From Candidatus Multivoradales bacterium (GTDB taxonomy: Bacteria; Acidobacteriota; Thermoanaerobaculia; Multivoradales; JAHEKO01), in assembly GCA_965223155.1 (NCBI GenBank), contig CBDCVR010000014.1, positions 64,001-128,000 of the forward strand: a stretch of DNA of 64,000 nt. Reading direction: 5' to 3'. Position 1 is the stretch's first letter. Each line of letters begins with the position of its first letter. Below, in pieces: positions 59,117 to 64,000 of the stretch. The notes beneath the pieces were generated by a model. It ran no database searches. It was not told the DNA's origin and saw nothing but the letters and a program-made list of their open reading frames with translations. The position numbers and the translations under genes were made by a program.

Positions 59117-60790
59117 CTAGAAGCGCGAGCTCGTCAGGGTGACGTCGGCCTCGGACCAGGCGGTGGTGAAGCGCTTGCCGATGTCGAGCGCCAGATCCAG
59201 CTTGTTCTGCGCCCGCAGGCTCCGCTCCAAGCCGAAAAGCGCGAAACCGTTCTCAGGATGCTTGCGCAGATCCTGCCAGTAGACCACCTCGGCTTCGGCC
59301 GGCCGGCCGGCGTCGAGGAGAGCGGCGCCCAGGAAATGGCGCACCGGAAAGTACCAATCCGGCGGCTCGTTGTAGAGCAGGCTGTCTTCGATCCGCACCG
59401 CGCGCGCCAGCTGCGCGATGCCGTCCTCGAAGCGGCCCCGATCCACGTCCAGCTCGGCACGAACGATCAGGACCGCGATGGTCAAGAGCTTCTCGGCCGT
59501 GGAAAATCCGATGACGTACTCATCCCGCGTGCCCACTTCGGAGCGGATCGCCTCGAGCCGGCGGAGCTCCTTCTTCGCGTCGCGCCGGTTGTCGCTGTGC
59601 AAGTGAGCCAAAGCGCGGCCGTAGTGCCAGGTCCCGGTGAGAAAGCGGGCGTCGGCAACCGGCGCCGGCTCGGCCAGCATCTCGCCCCAGCGCCCGAACC
59701 GCACCATGGTGAAAATGGGTTGGCCCATGAAGGTCTCGAAGAGAGCGAGTCCGTCGCCTTCCAGCCCCTCCGGGATCTTGGTCGAGACCTTGCGGGCCGA
59801 CTCGATCGCCTCACGGCTGCGGCCCTGGAACATGGCCGACCAGGCCATGAAGTGGAGGTTGTGCGGGTAGTAACCCAGGGGGTAGATCCCCTGGGCCCGG
59901 CACTGCGCGATGTAGCCCTCGTCGGCCTGAACCGCGGCAGCGTTGGCCCGGTACGAATCGGCGTAACGCCCGATCCTCATGTAGATGTGCGAGGGCATGT
60001 GCACCAGGTGGCCGGCTCCGGGCATGAGATCCAGGAGCCGGTCGGCGGCGTCCTCGCCCCGTCCGGGGTGCGGCAGCTCCACGGTGTGGATGTAGTAGTG
60101 GAGAGCTCCGGGATGGTTCGGATCGGCCTCGAGAACCGCGGAGAACGCTTCCAGGATCTTGTCGGTATCCTTCTTGGGACTGCCGTCCAGGTACCAGTAG
60201 TCCCAGGGGCTCAGGTTCATCAACGCCGCGCCGTACAGAGTGCGGGCGTCGAGATCGCCGGGATACTTGGACGCCAGCTCGGCCATGGCCGCGGCATACT
60301 CTTCGTCGAGCAGAACGCGATCGGCCTCCGCATCGTCGGAATAGCGCTTGGCCAGGGCGTCGATGTAGGCCCGCTCACGCTCGGAGACCCCGTCCTTCTT
60401 GGCGAGCGCCAGCTGGAGCGCACCCCAGGCTTGCGGCACGACCTCGGGCACCATCGGCAGGTTGATGTTCGGGCCCAGCGCCAGCGCCCAGCCCCAGTAG
60501 GCCATGGCGTTGTCCGGGTCGAGCCGCGCCGCTTCCTTGAAGGCACGCAGGGCTTCCGAATGGTTGAAGGCGTAGGTCAAGCGGATCCCCTGGTTGAAGA
60601 AAGCCTGAGATTCCTCCGAATCGGTGGAGACGGAGAAATGATGGCTGCCCAAGCCCTCCAGGCGTGGGGCGATCGGTCCGTCGGCGCTCGAGGGATCCGC
60701 GTCCAGAGCGCGCGGATCGTGCATCTGAGCGCTCGCTATCGAGGCGGCCAGGGCCAAGGCCGCGAAAGCGGCCAGTATCCGTACCGTCAT
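59117..60790 (-). CDS. Secreted TPR-containing protein
   Basis: Signal peptide; QAFFNQG..YAFNH, HPGALHYYIH, HLVHMPSHIY, YNEPPDW. Confidence 0.85.
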   Translation of the reverse strand: MTVRILAAFAALALAASIASAQMHDPRALDADPSSADGPIAPRLEGLGSHHFSVSTDSEESQAFFNQGIRLTYAFNHSEALRAFKEAARLDPDNAMAYWGWALALGPNINLPMVPEVVPQAWGALQLALAKKDGVSERERAYIDALAKRYSDDAEADRVLLDEEYAAAMAELASKYPGDLDARTLYGAALMNLSPWDYWYLDGSPKKDTDKILEAFSAVLEADPNHPGALHYYIHTVELPHPGRGEDAADRLLDLMPGAGHLVHMPSHIYMRIGRYADSYRANAAAVQADEGYIAQCRAQGIYPLGYYPHNLHFMAWSAMFQGRSREAIESARKVSTKIPEGLEGDGLALFETFMGQPIFTMVRFGRWGEMLAEPAPVADARFLTGTWHYGRALAHLHSDNRRDAKKELRRLEAIRSEVGTRDEYVIGFSTAEKLLTIAVLIVRAELDVDRGRFEDGIAQLARAVRIEDSLLYNEPPDWYFPVRHFLGAALLDAGRPAEAEVVYWQDLRKHPENGFALFGLERSLRAQNKLDLALDIGKRFTTAWSEADVTLTSSRF

Positions 60791-60842
60791 CGGAAACTCC
60801 TTTCTCGTACCGGCGTGGCGATCATAGCCTGCCCTCCCGCCC

Positions 60843-61940
60843 TTAGGGATCGAGCCGGCCGCCGCCGGGACGTCGGGCCGGCGGAGCGCCGGGATCCGAA
60901 GATCTCGGCCACCCCTCCTCGCCCTCGAGCTCCCCGTGCTCGAGCTCCCGGCCCGCCAGGCTCTCTTCCAGCTCCCAGCGCTCGTAGATCGAGCGATCGC
61001 GCCGGCGCCGGCGGAGAACCGCGACCAGAACCAGCAGGGCCATCGCAGCCCACAGCGTTGCCTCACTGGACAGAACCGGAAGCCATCGATACCAGACGGT
61101 CATGCGCCGCCAGAACCTCTCTTCGGCAGTTGCCAGATCGTAGCCAGCGGCCTCCCGAAAGGCCTCTTCGAAGGACTCGCCCAACGCCACGCGGCGCAGC
61201 AGTCGCGCAGGCAAGAGCCGCCCACGATCTCGAACGAGAGCCCGCACGAAGGAACCCGCCAAGGCATAGGCGCCGCGGACCTGGCGCGGGTCGCCGAACC
61301 GGCGATCCAAGTCCGCAAGATCGTAGCGCCCGCGCCGGATCAACGTACGGGCCACCAGGCCGCGGTCCTTGAGACCCCAGCTCTCCTCGGCCAACATTGC
61401 CAGCCCCTCCTGCCACCAGCGCGGCAGCGGCCGGCCGGCGGCGGAACGAGCGATCAGGACGTGGGCGATCTCGTGGCCCAAGAGCTCTTCGAGGTTGGCG
61501 TGCGGATAGATCGGGACCCGGCCCGGAATCAAGACCACGGTATCCAGATCGGCGCGCGCGAATCCGGCGACCCAGGGTCCGATCTCGAGAGCCCGGGCTT
61601 GGTCCGGATCCAGCAGCACGACCCGGATCGGACGCTGACCGCCAAGATCGACGCCGATAAGCTGGCAGAAGCGGTTCAACCGTTGGGGCCTCCAACTCTG
61701 CAACCGGTCGGCAACCCTCTGAAGAGCCGGCGAACTGGCGAACTCGAGCCGGAGTGCAGCACCCCCGGCCGGCCCCCTGGCTCGCTCTGCGACCTTCTCA
61801 CCGACCCGTTCACCGGTCGGCGCCGCTGCGAACAGAGTCATCGCCTGAGCCTGGCGAACGGGCGCGACCAGGGCCGCGGCTACCAGAAGAGCGGGCGGAA
61901 TCAGCGCGGGAAGAGGTCGCAGCACCGGTATCGGGGGCAT
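60843..61940 (-). CDS. Peptidase MA-like (HEXXH) membrane-anchored protein
   Basis: GHEIAH..PRWWQEGLA; signal peptide; C-terminal TM. Confidence 0.8.
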   Translation of the reverse strand: MPPIPVLRPLPALIPPALLVAAALVAPVRQAQAMTLFAAAPTGERVGEKVAERARGPAGGAALRLEFASSPALQRVADRLQSWRPQRLNRFCQLIGVDLGGQRPIRVVLLDPDQARALEIGPWVAGFARADLDTVVLIPGRVPIYPHANLEELLGHEIAHVLIARSAAGRPLPRWWQEGLAMLAEESWGLKDRGLVARTLIRRGRYDLADLDRRFGDPRQVRGAYALAGSFVRALVRDRGRLLPARLLRRVALGESFEEAFREAAGYDLATAEERFWRRMTVWYRWLPVLSSEATLWAAMALLVLVAVLRRRRRDRSIYERWELEESLAGRELEHGELEGEEGWPRSSDPGAPPARRPGGGRLDP

Positions 61941-61970
61941 GGGGCCGGGACGGGCGGTTGCCGGACCCGG

Positions 61971-64000
61971 CTAGGCGCCGGATCCGACCGTGGACTCCGC
62001 ATCTCGCTGGTCGAGGGCTCGGAGCAAGCGGGCCAGCGCCTTCTCGACCTCGAGCTCCAGGGTATCGACCCTTTCGGCCGCAGTCTCGAGATCGCCGGCG
62101 GCAGCGGCCGACTCGATTTCATCGCACACCGTACTCACTCCGGTGGCGCCCAGATTGAGGGCGTTGCCCTTGAGCAAATGGGCCGTCCGCTCGAGCTCCA
62201 CGCCGCGGCGGCCACTCGCTGCCTGGCGCAAGCGGTCCACGAGTTGGGGCGTCCGCTGGGTGAAGTTCTGGACAAGAGTATGAAGAACGCTGCCGCCGCT
62301 GGTTTCTCCCAAAGCCGCCAAACGCTCGAGCTGGCGTTCGTCGACAACCTGGTCCTCGGAGGCTGGCACCTCGGCTGCCGGCGCTTGGGCCGGCGAAGCG
62401 GCAACATCGGCGAAACAACGTAGCAGCACCTCCTCCAGATCACGCTGCTTGACCGGCTTGGCAAGAAAATGATCCATCCCGGCTTCCATACATTGGTCCC
62501 GAGCTTCGCGCATCGCCGCCGCGGTCAGCGCAACCACGGGCACCCGGGTGCCGGGAGTTTCGATGCGTCGCAGACGGCGGGTGGTTTCGAAGCCGTCGAG
62601 CTCGGGCATCTGACAGTCCATGAGCACCGCGTCGAACCCGCTCTGCTCAAAGAGCAGCAAGCCCTCTGCGCCGCTCGCCGCTACTGTCGGCCGAAAACCG
62701 AGCGCCTCGAGTTGAAGCTTGGCAACCGTGCGGTTGATCTCATTGTCCTCGATCACCAGGATCCGCATACTCGCCCTGTCCACCTCGAAATCCGCGGTAT
62801 CGATCACCTCCTGCGCAGCCGAGGCTAGATCCTCGGAAGCGGTCTGCGGCGACAGGTACAAAGGCAGCAGCAGCAAGAAGGTCGAGCCCTCTCCCGGCTC
62901 GCTTGTCACCGAGATCCGGCCGCCCAGGACCGTCGCCAAGCGCGCGCTGATCGCCAGGCCCAAGCCCGTGCCACCGAACCGGCGCGTGCTCGAAGCATCC
63001 ACCTGGAAGAAGGGCTCGAACAGTCGTTTTCGATCGCCTTCGGCAATGCCCGGACCCGTATCCGTCACCGCAAAGGCGACACTCAGGACATCGCCACGGG
63101 AATCTTGAATCTGGGCGGTAACTCGCACCCCGCCGGACTCGGTAAACCTCACGGCGTTGCTCACGAGGTTTAGCAGGATCTGCTCCAACCGGCGCCGGTC
63201 CCCCCACAGCTCACGATCCAGCGACCTGCTCACCCCCACCGTGAGCTCCAGTCCCTTGGCCGCTGCCCTCTCGCCGAGCAGAGCACACACCTTCTCGACC
63301 GCTGACGCGGGGTTGAACCGGACCAGTTCCACCAGCAGTTCGCCGGCCTCGATCCGAGACAGATCCAGAAGCTCGTTGAGCAGGTCCAGAAGATCCTCTC
63401 CAGAGGCGGAGATCTGGGCCACCAGCTTGCTCTCTCGCTCGGGGAGCTTAGCCGTACCCAGAATCTCGGCGAAGCCCAGAATCGCGTTCAGAGGAGTACG
63501 AATCTCGTGACTGGTGTTCGCGAGGAAGTCGCTCTTGGCCCGGCTGGCCCGTTCGGCATCGTCCCGGGCCTCCCGCAGCTCCGCCGCCTGCACTTCGAGC
63601 AGCTTGGTCTTGACCAGTCCCTGCCAGTACTCGCGGTGCAGAATCCGACTCTGAGTCCAGATATAGCCGCAGTAGAGCAGCATCAGGAGAGCAGCGCCTC
63701 GGCCACCCGGGGCGCCCGAGGCCAGAGCCGCCGCTGTTGGCAGGCCAAGCATCAGTAGCGTATAGCCACGGCTCAGCACCAGATTCTGGCCAAAGGCCGC
63801 CATGCCGCCGCCACACATCCCCGCGCTGCCCAGCAGAGCCAAGAAGCTGGGCCAAGTAACCCCGTAGTAGAAGACGGTTGCGGCAGCGAAGGCGCCCCAG
63901 GCAAAGGCCGACGCCAGCACCAAGACGCTCGTGGCCGTCTGCCAGGACTCGGCCGCGGCCAGCGTCGAAGCGTTCAGCCGCCGATGGAGTTGAAGCCGAA
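61971..64000 (-). CDS. Hybrid histidine kinase (TM-HisKA-HATPase-REC-Hpt), 5' end outside window
   Basis: SHEIRTPLN, NAVRFT, GGTGLGL, LMDCQMP, AHLLKG; frame open to window end. Confidence 0.95.
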   Translation of the reverse strand, partial: RLQLHRRLNASTLAAAESWQTATSVLVLASAFAWGAFAAATVFYYGVTWPSFLALLGSAGMCGGGMAAFGQNLVLSRGYTLLMLGLPTAAALASGAPGGRGAALLMLLYCGYIWTQSRILHREYWQGLVKTKLLEVQAAELREARDDAERASRAKSDFLANTSHEIRTPLNAILGFAEILGTAKLPERESKLVAQISASGEDLLDLLNELLDLSRIEAGELLVELVRFNPASAVEKVCALLGERAAAKGLELTVGVSRSLDRELWGDRRRLEQILLNLVSNAVRFTESGGVRVTAQIQDSRGDVLSVAFAVTDTGPGIAEGDRKRLFEPFFQVDASSTRRFGGTGLGLAISARLATVLGGRISVTSEPGEGSTFLLLLPLYLSPQTASEDLASAAQEVIDTADFEVDRASMRILVIEDNEINRTVAKLQLEALGFRPTVAASGAEGLLLFEQSGFDAVLMDCQMPELDGFETTRRLRRIETPGTRVPVVALTAAAMREARDQCMEAGMDHFLAKPVKQRDLEEVLLRCFADVAASPAQAPAAEVPASEDQVVDERQLERLAALGETSGGSVLHTLVQNFTQRTPQLVDRLRQAASGRRGVELERTAHLLKGNALNLGATGVSTVCDEIESAAAAGDLETAAERVDTLELEVEKALARLLRALDQRDAESTVGSGA

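Overview
The window has two apparently unrelated segments joined at about 13070. Segment 1 (1-13070, by eye about 60% GC) carries an atypical SDR, a GMC oxidoreductase, an HpcH aldolase, gpmI, a sugar ABC transporter, a HAD hydrolase, a standalone 5'-3' exonuclease and a truncated 3-hydroxyacid dehydrogenase. Segment 2 (13071-64000, by eye about 70% GC; gene content suggests Acidobacteriota, which is inference) carries a MacAB-like exporter, an AddAB-like pair, assorted hydrolases, cstA, a TPM pair, tonB, purE, two tandem lpxD paralogues, and a sigma-54 regulator/kinase/lipoprotein operon facing a bactofilin-OmpA operon across a clear sigma-54 promoter. It also has a run of three unusual fusion genes: a 1267-aa amidohydrolase with a large beta-rich unknown domain, a GAF-GGDEF-HhH cyclase, and a secreted DUF6265-like/kinase-like protein. 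Several intergenic regions fold into long rod-like structures, the best being about 165 nt upstream of tonB. I saw no rRNA, tRNA, CRISPR array, transposase or integrase. All family calls come from motif recognition, not database searches.
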